This document shows positions 1 to 23,548 of a stretch of DNA of 64,000 nucleotides, one piece after another. The stretch is from Hormiphora californensis (Eukaryota; Animalia; Ctenophora): NCBI GenBank assembly GCA_020137815.1, contig CM035361.1, forward strand, positions 2,604,001-2,668,000, in the 5' to 3' direction. The notes below the pieces were generated by a model. That model was not told the origin of the DNA. It saw only the letters and a program-made list of their open reading frames with translations, and ran no database searches. Each line of letters starts with the position of its first letter. Position 1 is the first letter of the stretch. The position numbers and the translations under genes are program-made.

Positions 1-637
1 GGGGACGATATGATTCAATAGGGGCCGAGGGGAGTAAGAGGGCCGAGGGGGATAAGAGGGGTGATGACTGAGGGGAGTCAACAGGGGGAAGGGGGCGTGG
101 AGTATGATCTCGCGACCGGAGGTGCCGCGAAGCGGCGCCATAGGGAGCAAAGTAGGCATGAGCCGGGGATCGGGATTGAGAGGAGTCAATAGAGTGTGAG
201 AGTTTTTTGTTCTTTTGCCTGGGCTCTCTAGTCTATATTATAAAGCAGAGAACCTTGCAAGACAAAATTTGGGGGAGGGGGTTTTAGGGTTTGCACGTGG
301 AAAATTGACGTGTTGTTAGGGATGGTTGGTGGGGGGTTTGGGGAGTTGCCATGATGGTGGGCAAGAGTTTAATACTGCACGTGCATGTTGTTGGGTGTTT
401 TATTGCGTGTTCCTGTCGTGTTTTGTGGTGCTTGGCCATCTACTGCTGCGGCCCCGATGAATGCCACAGCTTTTCTACCAATTCGTATCCCAGCTTTAAT
501 AACTCTACACAGCTCCAGTTCTACGGATCTTTATCACCTGATTCGGTATGTTCTTCAGCTGCAGTACTCTAAAGACTTCCCTGTACCAGCTTCCATTATA
601 TTCACCAGCCCGATATGAAGACGACGACAGAGAGAAA

Positions 638-731
<94 letters not shown>

Positions 732-2481
732 TGATATCTCCATATTTTGCGTCGGCTCTCCCACCGGCCCTCCCGGCCATCTCGTATTTCACGACTTAGT
801 GAAATTTTGAAAATTTCAACCTACCCCTACTACAACATGGAGACAGCCAAAAAGGAACAGCCAACTACAACTACTTCTTACATCCTCCAAACAGATAAGA
901 CCGTTCATTTTATTTATTCATTACCGTCCTCCCTGTCTTTGCCTGTGTAGAAAGAGAAGAAAGGGAGGACGGTAATGAGGCAATCAGGGTGTTTACAGTC
1001 AGTTTGTTGTCACGTACTGTTTGTTCTCTCGTATCAGGCCTCCCTGATCTCTCTTTCATGCTTACCTGCCCGGTTCTGGTAAGCGTTATAGTGGTCCCTC
1101 CCTTCCTGATCCTGTCATTGGGCCCTTCCTCCGGCCAGGCTATTCTCGGGGCAGCTTTTCTTATAGTGCTAGTTTGGTTTACAGTGTTCCCACTAGTTCG
1201 AGTCCTTTTTTAGCTTATAGGATTCACCCACTCACAAGCCCTTCCCTTGGATTTTAGTATTATACTTCTTTTCCTTTTCATCCAGAGTTGAGCTCTTTCT
1301 CTTTTCTTATTCAATATTATCAATCTTCCTGTGGTATAAGTATCCATATAACCGCCCTCCCCTCTTTTTTCGTTTTGTATAGAGTGAGTCTCCAGGTATT
1401 GCAAACCTGGGGTATTGCGGCCTCACATTAGTCCCAGGTCCCTGTTAGGAACTGTAGGATAGATAGGCCCCTGAGTGTAGAAGCTAGAGCTGAGCAGAGT
1501 AGTAGAGACCCGAGCAATACTCTTCTTTTTCAGGTCTCGGGCGCCCTGTAGCCCCGCCTTTCTGACTGACTCCGGTACAGCCCTCCCAGGCTGAACCAAC
1601 CCCCTCTGACTATTCTCGCAAAGGCAAAACGTTACCTATCCCGACTAGTCCCCAACCACAAACAGCAGTGCAACATCTCAAAGGAAAAACGCTACCTATC
1701 CAATCACCCCTGACGTGCTACAATCTCAAAGGAAAAACGCTACCTATCCAGCCATATCATCCCTGATGTGCTACAACCTCTGTCCCCACACCTTTCCAGT
1801 CAATCCTCCCGTTCGGAACTCCACCCACACACCTAATCCGTCCCATATACCTATAGTGTTCTCCCACCACTTCCCATTTTGCTACCACCTCTTCCACTTC
1901 CCCTTACTCCAACCCCCTTTCCTTCTCCAGCTCCTTGTACCCGCTCCTACCCAGCGAACCCTCCCGTTCGAACCACCACCCCCACATCCAACCCGTCCCT
2001 AAACAGTAAACTCATAGGGTGTATTTCCCCAATAGCCCCTTCCCCTGCCCATAATCTCTCATGCTCCAGCTCCCCATCTTTCTGTCATCCTTCCTTCCCC
2101 TGCCCTTCCCGCCTTTTCCCTCTACTAGTGGTTCTCCCCGGTCCAGGTTTCTCATTACCTCACCTCTTTTCAGGGTTTTTTATTTCAATACCCTTCTTTA
2201 GTATTTGGGCTCCTTTTGATTTCTTAATCTCTATTCTCTCTCTTCGCTCTCTCTCTCTTTCTCTCACTCTCTCTCTCTCCTCCGCGGTACGGTGTGAGTG
2301 TGCCCCCATGTCTTCTAATTAGTTGTCCCAATCATCCATCAGCCCAATTAGGGTCTGGTTTCCCCCGCTATCTTGTTTTGAATTATCACACTGCCATTCT
2401 AGCCGGTCTATTTGGAGGACTTCCTCCCTCGTGACCACCTGCGTGACCCCTCTCTGTCTCTTTCTTTCTCTCTCTCTCTCT

Positions 2482-2524
<43 letters not shown>

Positions 2525-2538
2525 GATATCATCCTAGA

Positions 2539-2995
2539 TATCATTGCACTAGTCACACCTAGTTCATTCTGCAGTTATCCTGCCTATCAATGCACTAGTC
2601 ACACCCAAATCATTCTGCAGTTATCCTGCCTATCAATGCACAAGTCACACCTAGTTCATTCTGCAGTTATCCTGCCTATCAATGCACTAGTCACACCCAG
2701 ATCATTCTGCAGTTATCCTGCCTATCATTGCACTAGTCACACCTAGTTTATTCTGCAGTTATCCTGCCTATCATAGCACTAGTCACACCTAGTTCACTCT
2801 GCAGTTATCCTGCCTATCAATGCACAAGTCACACCCAGATCATTCTGCAGTTATCCTGCCTATCATTGCACTAATAACCCCTAGTTCATTCTGCAGTTAT
2901 CCTGCCTATCACTGCACTAGTAACACCTAGTTCATTCTGCAGTTATCCTGCCTATCATTGCACTAGTCATGCACCTAGTTCATTCTGCAATTATC
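2539..2995. repeat. 46-bp minisatellite, ~10 copies
   Basis: Unit TATCATTGCACTAGTCACACCTAGTTCATTCTGCAGTTATCCTGCC. Confidence 0.95.
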
Positions 2996-2999
2996 CCTT

Positions 3000-3390
3000 C
3001 CCTCTCCTCCGCCCTCTCCCTATCCTCACCTCTCGATCACCCCCACCCTTTCCCGCTCCCAATCCTCCCCCTCTCCCGAATTCCCCGCCCTTAACCTATC
3101 TCACCCCATCAAATCCTAAAAGACAATCTCGCCATGAGCTTGAGAGTAAGATGGCTGGACCGCCCAGAGTCGCCCATACTCTAATAGAATGAGCACTCTC
3201 TGGCGGACCTGTTCATGACGACAGACATATGACAAAGCGTTGGGCCCCCCTATGCACAAGACTACCTCGTTTCCCTAATTGGACACTTTCGAGACTAGTT
3301 GTAAGGGGGATCCGGGTTATGCCGTCGCTACCCGGGTGGTAGAGGACTTGGTACACCCTAGCTTAGTGCCCCAAAAAAAAAAAAAAAAAA
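3000..3390 (+). mobile_element. Possible poly(A)-tailed retroelement 3' remnant
   Basis: Short ORF end (QILKDNLAMSLRVRWLDRPESPIL*), GC-rich UTR, then an A-run of about 19 nt at 3373-3391. Confidence 0.3.
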
Positions 3391-3434
3391 AGAGAGAGAG
3401 AGAGAGGGGGAGGGAATCGAATGATGGGGTGAGA

Positions 3435-4090
3435 TTGGTGACATAGACACCGTGCGCGACCATGAGATTGAGCTCACACACAGGTGTCTGCTCCGCCCCA
3501 AAAAGGGTCGTTTATTTCAAAGGATGTTGCACGCGATCCACTGGACCGATTTGCATCCGGTTTGTCGCAAAAGACTACAAATGATCCAAATATACTGGAA
3601 AATACCCGAGAAGTTTGTATGTCAACAGGAAGTGGGTCAAAATTGACACTGAAGTCAAACCTATAATCTGGCTTCCGAGAGTTTCTGCACTACGCCCATG
3701 CGATTTAGAAGATATTGGGAGATATGTTGATGCAATTAGCATCAGCTATTAATGCCGGGTATTTTCCAGTACTCACAAGAGTTCAACCTATCTTCTGATA
3801 CCCTCCGATTCATTCTAAACCGTCTGGGAGTGGTGCAAAAAGGCTCGGAAGCCAGATTATAGATTTGACTTCAGTGTCAATTTTGACCCACTTTCTGTTG
3901 ACAGACAAACTTCTCGGGTATTTTCCAGTAAACTAGGACCAATTTGTAGTCTTTTGCGACAAACCGGATACAAATCGGTCCAGTGGATCACGTGCAATTT
4001 GGCTTGAAAGACACGACCCTTTTTTAGGGGGCGGAGCGGACACCTATGTGCGAGCTCGATCTCGCACGCACTAGGTGTCAATGTCACCAA
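3435..4090. mobile_element. Non-autonomous TIR element with long imperfect inverted arms and 8-bp TSD (hAT-like)
   Basis: Arms ~3435-3710 and ~3810-4090 are reverse complements (TTGGTGACA...TGTCACCAA); GGGTGAGA directly repeated on both flanks. Confidence 0.8.
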
Positions 4091-4984
4091 GGGTGAGAGG
4101 GATAGAGAGAGAGGGGGATAGGGGATAGATGGAGACTATCCATTGGAGAGGGGACAGGGAAAGAGAGGGAGATGGAGAGGGGGAGAGAGAGAGACATGGA
4201 GACGGGGGGGGGGGGGGGGGGGGGGGGGGGTTGGGGTTGTTATAGGACTCCAACTGGCTGTAAGGGGGTTATGGGGTGAGTTGGTCAACATAGCGGGGGC
4301 GGGGGGAAGGAGGGTGTTGAGGAATGAGTATTCAATAATGTGGGGCGAGAGCAGTCAGTAGATATTGAGACTCTCAATGAGAGGATTCGATAGGGATGGG
4401 GGGAGTCAGTAGGGGGCGAGAGTAGTTTTGGGTCTTTTGCCTGGGCTCTCTAGTAGTAATAAAAGAACAAAGCAAATTGTTTAAACACAATATATTCGAT
4501 CCTTACTCATTGACCACTGTCATTTTATGCCTTTCTCTTTTGTTCAAATCTATCGTGATCGTGATATGTATCGAATGTACTAGATGGCGAAGAAGAAGCC
4601 GCGAAAGAAACTATTTAAAAAAAGTGATCACGTTACTCGTCAGAAATCAGAAATTGTACATTATTACTCCCCAGTAAACCTTAGTTAAGCTTAGTTAATT
4701 TAAGCAAAAACTAGGATGAGGTAAAAAGGGGAATGAGCAAGAAAGAAGGGACAAAATGCAAATGGTCTTAGTGTAACAAAATGAGAGTGAGAAATGGGGG
4801 AGAGATATGGGGGAGAGAGAGGGGGAGAGAGAAAGAAAGATAGAGCATGAAAAAGAGGGGGAGAGAGAAAGAAAGATAGAGCATGAAAAAGAAGGGAGGG
4901 AGAGAGTAAGTGAGAGAGATAGATAGAGAGAGTAAGGGAGTGAGAGATGGGGAGATAAAGATGGGAGAAAGATGGGCTAACTAT

Positions 4985-5047
<63 letters not shown>

Positions 5048-5058
5048 AAGAAAGAAGA

Positions 5059-5119
<61 letters not shown>

Positions 5120-5448
5120 TGAGGGATTTGCATGATATATGGAAACCTTGCAATGACCCAACTCCTGCAGGTGTAACATGTAACATGTGACATGTACATG
5201 ACAGCAAGAATATTATATTGACAAGTTCCGTAAATCACAGATACTCCAGAACAGTAAACAGGCTAGTGGAAAACTATATTATATACTTTTTGCTGATATG
5301 ATAATCACTATTTCATAGTTCATACATGTCAAGGTTTCGTTAAAAAAGGGGATTGGGAATGTCAACGTTTGCGCTTTCCAGCGTTTTGACAAACCAACCC
5401 TTTCAAAATTTAAGCAAAGTTATTTCCAGTTAAATTCAATTTCTAATA

Positions 5449-14301
<8,853 letters not shown>

Positions 14302-14652
14302 CCTAACAACACATTGTTCAATTATCATTATTGAATTATTATTTTACAATTTAGTGTTGATGTGAGTACACTGTACTGGGAAGCAGAGTCACCCCACGAG
14401 GGGAACCACCCAACTACTACTGCACTGTAAATAGTATTTCTTGCAAATTTATCTCAGGAATTAGCTTGCATCTATAAGATCTGAAGTAATAAGAATGCAT
14501 AGTACTGCTGTGATCTATCTCCAGCTTGAGCCCTCACGATGGCAGCTAACTCTGTGAGGAACAGGGGACTTTTCAGCAGTGACAATGGGCACCGCTGATA
14601 GGCTGTCAGTCTGGTAGTGTCTTGTAAATTAATCAAAAGCCAGGGACAACAG

Positions 14653-15968
14653 TATACTCCATTTTTTCAACTGTTCCCCCTCAATTTAGTGCACGGATTT
14701 GTTTTGTGCGCTTATCACATGTTATTTATTTATTTATTCAATCTAATTTGTATACATTGAATCACAATCAACATACACGCCCCTTCTTGCGGGCAAAATC
14801 GGATATTCAATAAATTCAGACCTCCTGATAGAAATTAAGGCTATTTAGATAAAGATTAGTCCGATAATTGTTTTCTCCCTACTCCTCCTACAGTTTTTGA
14901 GCTAGACCCCTGAAAATTTGTACACTGGTACTTTGGACCAAGGCGGGTGTAAGTACGGGCTCAGATTTTTGATCCGATCTTTACAACAGTGACGTCACGG
15001 GGTGACGTCATTGCGACAAAAATACTTACATTTTTCAAACGCTTCTAAGACCCTGAAAACGGCTCTAAATCAAAAAACTAACGCAATAGTGGGGAAAGAG
15101 AATCGTTTGAACTTCATTTTACATGATAGCGATTTCCCGTAACTCAATGTTTAAGGGTCGTAAATCGCGTCGGGAAAGTTAAAAATGCCAAAAATACGAT
15201 ATTTTTCACCGTAGCCACCCAAAATCTTATCCAATCGATACGAAACTTGGTCGTTATGTGAACTTTAATGTCCTTTGGCCAGGGGTTCCCGGAAAACGGA
15301 TTGGCAAGATGAGAACTGACCGGAGTTCTTATAATTCTAAATTCACGAATTTGGAATTTTTCGTCGACTTTTTTTGGCGACATAAAACGCTAGGAAATTT
15401 TCAATGAATTTTAAAATCTTACACTGCGCGCGTAATTCTAGGTTCCGCGCGCGGCGTAAAAAAGCAGCGCTTTTTTGGGAAAATTCGCGCGTTACAGTAA
15501 ATGATTTACCCGCCTCGCTAAAATTGTAATGGCCGTTTTTTCAAAAACCCAAGGTGTATGATATAGTAGCAGCGGTTAAAGTCCATTTTTATTCAACTGT
15601 TCACCCCTCAACTCGTGCGTGTGCGATATTTTAATTCACGCTGCGCGGGCTACACGTTAACATGTGATAAACGCGCAAAACAATTCCGCGCACGACTTTG
15701 GGGGGTGAACAGTTGAAAAAAAATGGAGTATAGATCACCACGTGGTTAAAGTCGCATGCCACCCCTTTTTGCGCATTGTCATAGCTCCTCGAGGTCGCAT
15801 CCAATCATTATCAAGAAATGTCCCTCAAGTTTTCGCTTCTCCTTGAGGAGATCTACAGGTTTGATGAAGGTCACTTTTGGATTGGATGCAAAATGAAGCC
15901 GTGAGAGTAACCTGAGATTAGGGTGGCGCGCGACTTTCTGCACGTGCTGATCTAACCGCTCCTACTAT
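14653..15968. mobile_element. Overlapping/nested non-autonomous TIR elements (Tc1/mariner-like, TA-flanked)
   Basis: TATACTCCATTTTTTCAACTGTTC at 14653 pairs with GAACAGTTGAAAAAAAATGGAGTATA ending 15732. A second TIR pair TAGTAG.AGCGGTTA / TAACCGCTCCTACTA spans ~15564-15968. Confidence 0.65.
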
Positions 15969-17994
15969 GAGACTCATTGCTCTAAGGAACAAACAAATTA
16001 TCTTTTAAAAATCAAACACAAATGTCACCGGTTATATGAGGATAAATTACCATTTACCAGGTCACGGGTTCCCAGCAAACGGGTACTCTAGTTTAGATAA
16101 AGATAGCAGTTATAAAATAGTTGATAATTAAAGTATAAAAGTATAAAAGTATAAAAGTTATTAATTAGATTAAGTTGAGTAATTGGATAATAAGGATAAT
16201 ATAGTAAGTAGATGATTAAATAATTAAGTGAGAATTAAGTGTAATAAATTAAATAAAAACTGTGGTAAAAAGATTAAAAAGCATGAGATGGCCGATGCAA
16301 TGAGGGAATGAGAACAATTAATAAAGCTAATAGCCTCGAGATTAACGGTTAATAGTAAACTAATAAAACTGTGATAATAATGATTAGACGGGAGACATGT
16401 TAACGTATGGTTCGTGCGTCAAAAATTACAAATTTCACTCTTTTTCGAGTTTGGGGGAACAGTTGAAAAAAAAGGACTTTGAAATTAGAATCCTTGAGGC
16501 TAGATCCATGTCCCATAGCGCCGCTTGCGATGGAGGCCAACTCCCGCTTTGTCGCAGATTGTTTTTGTCACTGAGGTTCGCTAGATCGATAACATTATTT
16601 CAAAATGAATTGCCAAATAATAATCGATCTATCAAACACGCGAACAATGATGAAACTACACACATACAATTTAAATACGACTGAGAGGCCACGGGGAACG
16701 ATAAAGTCAAAACTGAAAATTCTTTTTCATTTTCCAAAACTTAAAATTTGATCTCTCGAGAACATGTTGAAGTTCCTTGAATTTGTAGACTGCGCCGCGC
16801 AATTTAGTGCGCGGCTTTACACGGCAGAGTAATCTTAAAATAACCGTAGATTACTGCACAAGAAAATAAAATGTTTATTTCCGTGCTCTCTTCGTATTTA
16901 CGTAGCTGAATAATATTCGCCGTTGACCGTTTCATAGTAATTGATCCTCGGATCAGGCCGGCACCGCCATATTTCACACTAGACAGGACAGAAACAAGTC
17001 ATTTTTCAGTATTTTGTAAAAATTAGACAGCGTGAATCTGAAAGTGAAACTGAAAGATATTGGTAGTGGTACATTAGAATATTAGACGATATACTTAGTG
17101 GCTTAAAATCATCATCGCCTGACGACTGATCATGACTGTGTCCGTATGAAGTTGAACACCTCAGTTATTCTTTGGACACCAATCACCATGTCAGCCTCGT
17201 CAGCCTCTGACCCTTTCTTATTCTCGCACTCAGCTCAGCAGTGATGACGGCGTGAGCTTGAGCGGAGCAGAGTACTCAGTACGGTCACTGCATGTTACTA
17301 CATATTATATTAGCTGCATCGTGCTGATGCATTTTGGACATCAAAATGTCTTTAATTTGTTCATTCCTGACAAAATTAATCAGAAAATAATATAATTTAT
17401 CTCTCGATTTTACCATTTTGAGGTTGTTTTGTCATGAATCAACCCGTAAAGTCCACCTAATTTTTCAAAACAGATAGATCCACAAAAAACAGCTCTCTCT
17501 TTCTCACGCACAGATATATACGATACACAGTAGTACACAACAAACAAATTTTCCACATCGTAACTGCAACTTCAGAATTTGAAAGTTCGAGGCGGAATTG
17601 AGTCCGAATAATCTGAACAGATCGGAGTCCCCGCGGATCGAAAGCTCTGCCCCTATAACAGCTCTCTGATCAGTGTTCCATTCTGTTTGGAATCTAGTTG
17701 AAAGATCTGTATACCAACATGGTTACCATGGTTACAAACATGGTTCACATATGAGGGAAGACCCCTAACACACCCGGTCCCCCACCGCCGCCTCCCGGAG
17801 TCGATCCACCGAAATGCGACGTTGGATAAAACCCACCTCCACCTCCTTGAAACACATTCCCCTCCACCCTCTTCCTCTCCACCTCAGCCTGGTCCCTACC
17901 CGCTAAACTCAAGTTCGCCAGCTGCTGGAAATCTTCCTTACAATTACAATTATCCCTATCCTCATCCCCTTTACCACAAGTATGGGTGTTACAA

Positions 17995-20900
17995 TCACAA
18001 CCCCCTCCCTCGCCGGATCCCCGTGGACAGCCTGGTTCGTGAGGTACCCGCACCGGCAGCAGGACAAGATGGTTTGTGGTGTTCACTATTGTCACAGCAC
18101 TGGTGGTCTAGCTCTCCCTGCATGTATCTTACACACTTCTTCTTTCGTCTGAGGGGGAGAGGTGAAGTGTTACAGCCAGTTGGATAAAGTAAGGGATATA
18201 TTATATAGGGGGGTGAAGTTTTAAAGTAAGGGGGTTACCAGCATGTTGAGACCATGACAATCTTACTGACAACGTAACAAACCATCTGACATGGACAAAC
18301 TAAGTGCCAAACTGATACTGACAAACATGTCCTGCATCACGTACCTGCATGGTTTGCACCAACTACTCTGTTTGTCCAGTCCGTAGCGAGCCCGGCATTT
18401 CTTGGGACTTCCGGCATCTGAAAAACAGGTGTGTCAGCGACATATATTTTAGGTACACATGGTTGTGAGGCCCAGGAGAGGGAGTTGAGAGATAGTGTGT
18501 CAGCTTGAAACATAGGGGATTAACAAATTAGTTGATGTGCGCCGGGGGAGGGCTTGCGAGTATAATACAGAGTGCGAACACATTGGCAAGCGACTCAATG
18601 TTTCACTTGAGGATACTTGGGGGGGACTAGGGGGGTTGGTGGGGTGGAGGGGTGGAGGGGGTTGGTGGGTTCGGGGGGGGGGTGGAGGGGACGAGGGATT
18701 GGTAGACAAGGGGTGGGGGATGAGGGGTGGGGGCAGTGGGGTGGAGGGGGTGAGGGATTGGTGGGGGCTTGCAAACATGAACCGAGTAGTAGCATACTGA
18801 TTGGGGCACTTATCATTATCTGTATCTTTCTCTCACACACACGTGTTGAATATTGGCTCATTCTCACATATCAAAAACCCTGTTTTTCAGTCAAATGAAA
18901 ATAATATTTTTGCCAGGTTTAGAAAATTAATAATTATCTAATTAATTAGGGCTGTCTCACAACACTGACACACACTGCTCAGACACACTCCCTTCTTCCT
19001 AAAACAGCTGGTAGTGCAGGTACAATTTTGGACGCCATGAATTAGCCTGGTGAAATGGCTTTTTAACTTCCCCCGAGGATCCCGGTGCGACTGTACCAAC
19101 ACTCCCGTGACACTGACCTAGCTTGCTCTAAGTTTATAGGACTTCACATTTGTCCTGTATTTCAGCTAAACCATTTATATCAGCAAACAGATGTTTATAC
19201 TTTATCCCCTCAGCATCTATAATATCCTTTCTGGCAGCGCCGACCCGGTCTGAGTGCAGAAACGGGGTTTGGCGCCGCCAGGCAGTTAGTATAACAGTTG
19301 GACCCAGATATACCGGGCACTCAGATTTACCGGGTATAAAACCCTTTCCTACGAGCATCCCGGTAAATCGGGCTCCGGCTGTATTTAATACTAGCTGCTA
19401 CAATGATCCGTTCAAAACAAAAACTTGTTGCTGTGGTTGATAGTTTGCATAGTTCTTTATATATGGACACACTGATGATACACACATGATTATAATAGTG
19501 TGCTTCAAAATAATCGAACCACCTTCCCACTTTTCATGCTAGGGGAGACCAGCAAGCCCCCATCTTTTCAGTGTGCAGGGCCTAAACTAGGTTCAGGCCA
19601 GGAATTTCAGGGACGTGGTTCGATTATTATGGAGCACCCTGTATATTTATATAGCTACATGAAATGAGCTACATGTAGCTGCGGCCGATAAAAAGACGTG
19701 TTACCTGCGAAGACAGAGAGGAAACGGTGCACTCTAGAATGTAGGGATTATAATGTGGGTCAGATTACAATATGTGGGTCAGATTACAATATGTGGGTCA
19801 GATTACAATATGTGGGTCAGATTACAATATGTGGGTCAGATTACAATATGTGGGTCAGATTACAATATGTGGGTCAGATTACAATATTTGGCTCAGATTA
19901 CAATATGTGGGTCAGATTACAATATTTGGCTCAGATTACATTTGGGCCATGTCTGTCGGCGCCGATCCGATCTTAGTAGCCAAAACGGGGTCGGCGCCGC
20001 TATACACAGTTGGGTCACTTTACATGGGTCAGATAACAACATACAGATCTTGTGGTTGGATCACTTTACATGGCTCACAGAACAAACACACGGTTGAATT
20101 TCTAGAATAAGAGACAATAAATTGAGACATTACATATACCTTGTTCAGTTGTCTTGTCCCTTTTTCGTTTCTTTTTTCCTCCCGAAGCGTAGTTAGACCT
20201 GGCAGACCAATTGGGATACATCTGAAATTATCAATCAATTAGCTACCAATTTGCTACTGTAATTGCAGTCGGACCCGATTTACGGGGCCCCGATTTACTG
20301 GAACCCCGATTTACTGGGAGGATAAACTTCCTCCGATTTAGGAAATTAACCCTTTGGAGACGATTGGGTCACAGGTGACCCACAACTTTGAACCCATATA
20401 GCGTCTTTCTAGACCATATTTGAAAGTTTTAAATCGTTTCTAGGGTTGAACCATACATTTTTCTAGCATTTTGAGATCGTTTTGAGCCTCTGCAGTTGTC
20501 GTCTTCCGAAAACAGGGCTAAAACAGTGCATTTGGTAGGCAAAATGGGTAGTTTAATGGCCATACCTCAAAATTGGTACGAGTATACTTAAAATGGACTT
20601 GGAAAATGCAAGAAAAGTGTGTATTTTACCCCGGGGTAAAGTTTCAGGGTGATATTCCAAATTTTGTGCCTCTTAGAGGCCTTCAAAGTGCTGGGTCACC
20701 TGTGACCCAACCGTCCCCTAACGCTAAAACAGAAATTTGCATTTTACGAGCATTTCTAAAGGAATGGCCCCCGATAAAAGTCTAAAACGGCATTTTTTAA
20801 ACAGGTGCTAGCGACTAACCGACTCCATCATTGTTATCTCAACATCTTAGGGAGTCGATGAAAAATTTTTTGAGATCCGTGCTCCTTCAGAAAATTTTTC

Positions 20901-22001
20901 ATCTCGGCCAATTTTGAAATTCTAAAATCGGCTACAGATGAGATAGAGAGGCCCATATGGTGTGCAAACTGTGCAGAATGGCCGGGTTTATATAAGTGTT
21001 CTGAACAAACATAGGGTCTAAAATGAGCGGTTTTCGAGTTATCGGGCAAAATAGCGGCAAAATCTCAATTCCTATTTTAGCGTTAGGGGACGATTGGGTC
21101 ACAGGTGACCCAATAGAAATACAGGTGGTAGAACCAAAATTCCTTTTCATGCGTTCAAGTAGGTTCAAAGTGAGTGTCTCCAGAAAGTTTTAGAGAATTC
21201 TGTCGACAGGGGGCTTATCGTCCCCAAAGGGTTAACGGTATATTACCCCGATATACCAGGCAAAACCCTTTCCCCGAGCATCCCGGTAAATCGACCACCA
21301 ACCTGCATGTGAAGCTGCCGTTCCCTCCGGGCCATCTCATAGAACCGTTGCTGTTCACTTCGATCGAGGGCATGCCACCTCTTTCCCAGGATCTGGTTGA
21401 TGGCTGCACTCTCTTTCAGGGTATACTCCTGTACTACCTGTAATGTATTGTAATTGTGATGAAGGACAGCTGAATTACAAGTATAACTGCTGTATAAAGA
21501 TGGTGATAAGACACATTACGTGTAAGTAATGACTAATAATGAACCACACGGTACATGCTGGGGAGGGGGACGGTATGTCGCTAAATCCTTAACACGACCA
21601 TCTCAGTAACAGGTGTCCATGTCACCAAGGTAATTCTTACCTTAGCCCGCATCTCCTTCATATACAGCATGAACGCGTTGAGTGGTTTCTTGATATGCGT
21701 CGACTTCTTTTTCGCTGAAGGAAAGGGGGTTAGTTAGAGACAACATAATTATAAATACATAGTTGTAAACCTGGAATGAACTCGAAACTTTAAGATTCTC
21801 GACTGTTGACTAATGTTTGTTAGTCAGTAGGTTCTGCGTCAGTTAGGTGTGTCTAACTTTTAAAAAAACTGCTAAAAGCTTTACCATCGTGTAATTAAAC
21901 TTGAAATTTCTTTGAGAAAAAATCTCTTTGAAGCTGAGTTTTACTGACTGACAGTCGCGGGTCCTATCATACTTTCTCACAGCTCCAGATGCCATGAATT
22001 C

Positions 22002-22044
<43 letters not shown>

Positions 22045-22066
22045 TCTTTTTATCTCTCTCTCTCTC

Positions 22067-22118
<52 letters not shown>

Positions 22119-23510
22119 TCTATCCTTCAGAGGAAAAAAGGATAGAGAGAGGGAGATGGATTTTCTCTCCGACTCACCTTTTGAAGTCTTCTTCGTGGTG
22201 GTAGTCGTGGTTTCTGAGGGTGTCTGAGGATTGGATGAGGATGGTTGCTGTGTTAACAGTTGGGTGCCTGGTGTCTGACCTGAAAATGGGAAACAGTATT
22301 ACTTCAGAAACGTATTGCTATCTAAAGACGGAACCATTGAAGTACGATAACTAAACTAGAATTCGATCAGAGGAAAATAATCCGTAAAATTATAAAACTT
22401 CATAGCCCAAAAAGGCAACGGCCAAATGCGTGGCTGGAAAACTATTAACTAATTAACTAAGTAATTAACTAATTAATTAAAAGTATTTACCGAACGGTGT
22501 TGGCTGTGCGAAGGGGGGAATGTTGTAGTACATCTGTCGCTGTTGAGGGCTGAAATTAGCCATCGCTGCTGCAGCTGATGCGGGACTACTTGTACTCCTA
22601 CAAGGGGGGGGGGGTTACTCGATGATTCTATACCGTTCGTACTCAATCTGTGAAGTTGAATAACTGTATATGTGATAAGGGGGTGGTGAGGACATATCCA
22701 TTTAGTTTTTGGTATTCTACTAGAATTTCTAGGGCACGGGAAGCACCGGCTTAGAAATCGAAACTAAGAAAACTGAACAAGTCGATACAAATTACAAACC
22801 TATTGATATCGGCCAAGAGATAGTAACCTAGAACTATTGGGAGAACTGAACAAAATATAAACCTATTGATATCGGTCCCTAAACAATATAAACCTATTGA
22901 TATCGGTCCCTAGAACTATTGGGGTACTTGGCTGACAGTGTTGTGACCGATCGGTTTTTCCTGGTACATGAAAACAAAGTGGAAGTAAACAGAGAGACCT
23001 GTGTTTATCAACTGTTTAGCGGCGGGGTCAGACGGCAGTATATCATCTATTAAAATAGGGCCCTTTCTTCTTTTCTCACTCGTTCCTGCATGCACTCGTT
23101 CCTGCATGCACCTTCTTTCTCTGTTTTAATCTTCCCGTCGAGATCTGCAGCAGTTTTGCAGCTGACTCTCCTCCCCGGCTCCCTCCTTAACCTAATTATT
23201 TTCAGGACAGTGGCACGATACCATCTTATCTCAGTTCTCAAGGTCTCTCCCTAGTAATCCCCTAGTCTGTCCATTCCAGCATTGAACCCTTTTCTCAACT
23301 AATTTACCCATTGTCTCAGATTTATTGGTTCAACCAATTTGAGCCTAGAGGACTGTTTTCGTTTTCCCCCATCCTTACCTCTGCGGCCTCTCTCTCTCGC
23401 TCTCCCTCTTTCTCCCTCTTTCTCCCTCTCCCTCCCTTATCCTCCTCTCTTTTTATCCTTCCAGACCTTCTTCTCTCAGCACTATCTCTCTCTCCCTCGC
23501 TCTCTCGCTC

Positions 23511-23548
<38 letters not shown>

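Noticed and set aside
2539-2995. Regular repeats resembling CRISPR arrays (also 19753-19941 and 29508-29740)
   Set aside because: Head-to-tail units with no unique spacers, no cas genes, eukaryotic context.
18832-18840. C-V-TGA read as a selenocysteine CxU motif
   Set aside because: No SECIS identified and the exon itself is unproven.
19134-19260. Possible alternative TCF terminal exon [11 protein letters not shown]...CEVL*
   Set aside because: Its acceptor lies in a small dispersed repeat (relatives at ~19950 and ~31235), so it is probably fortuitous.
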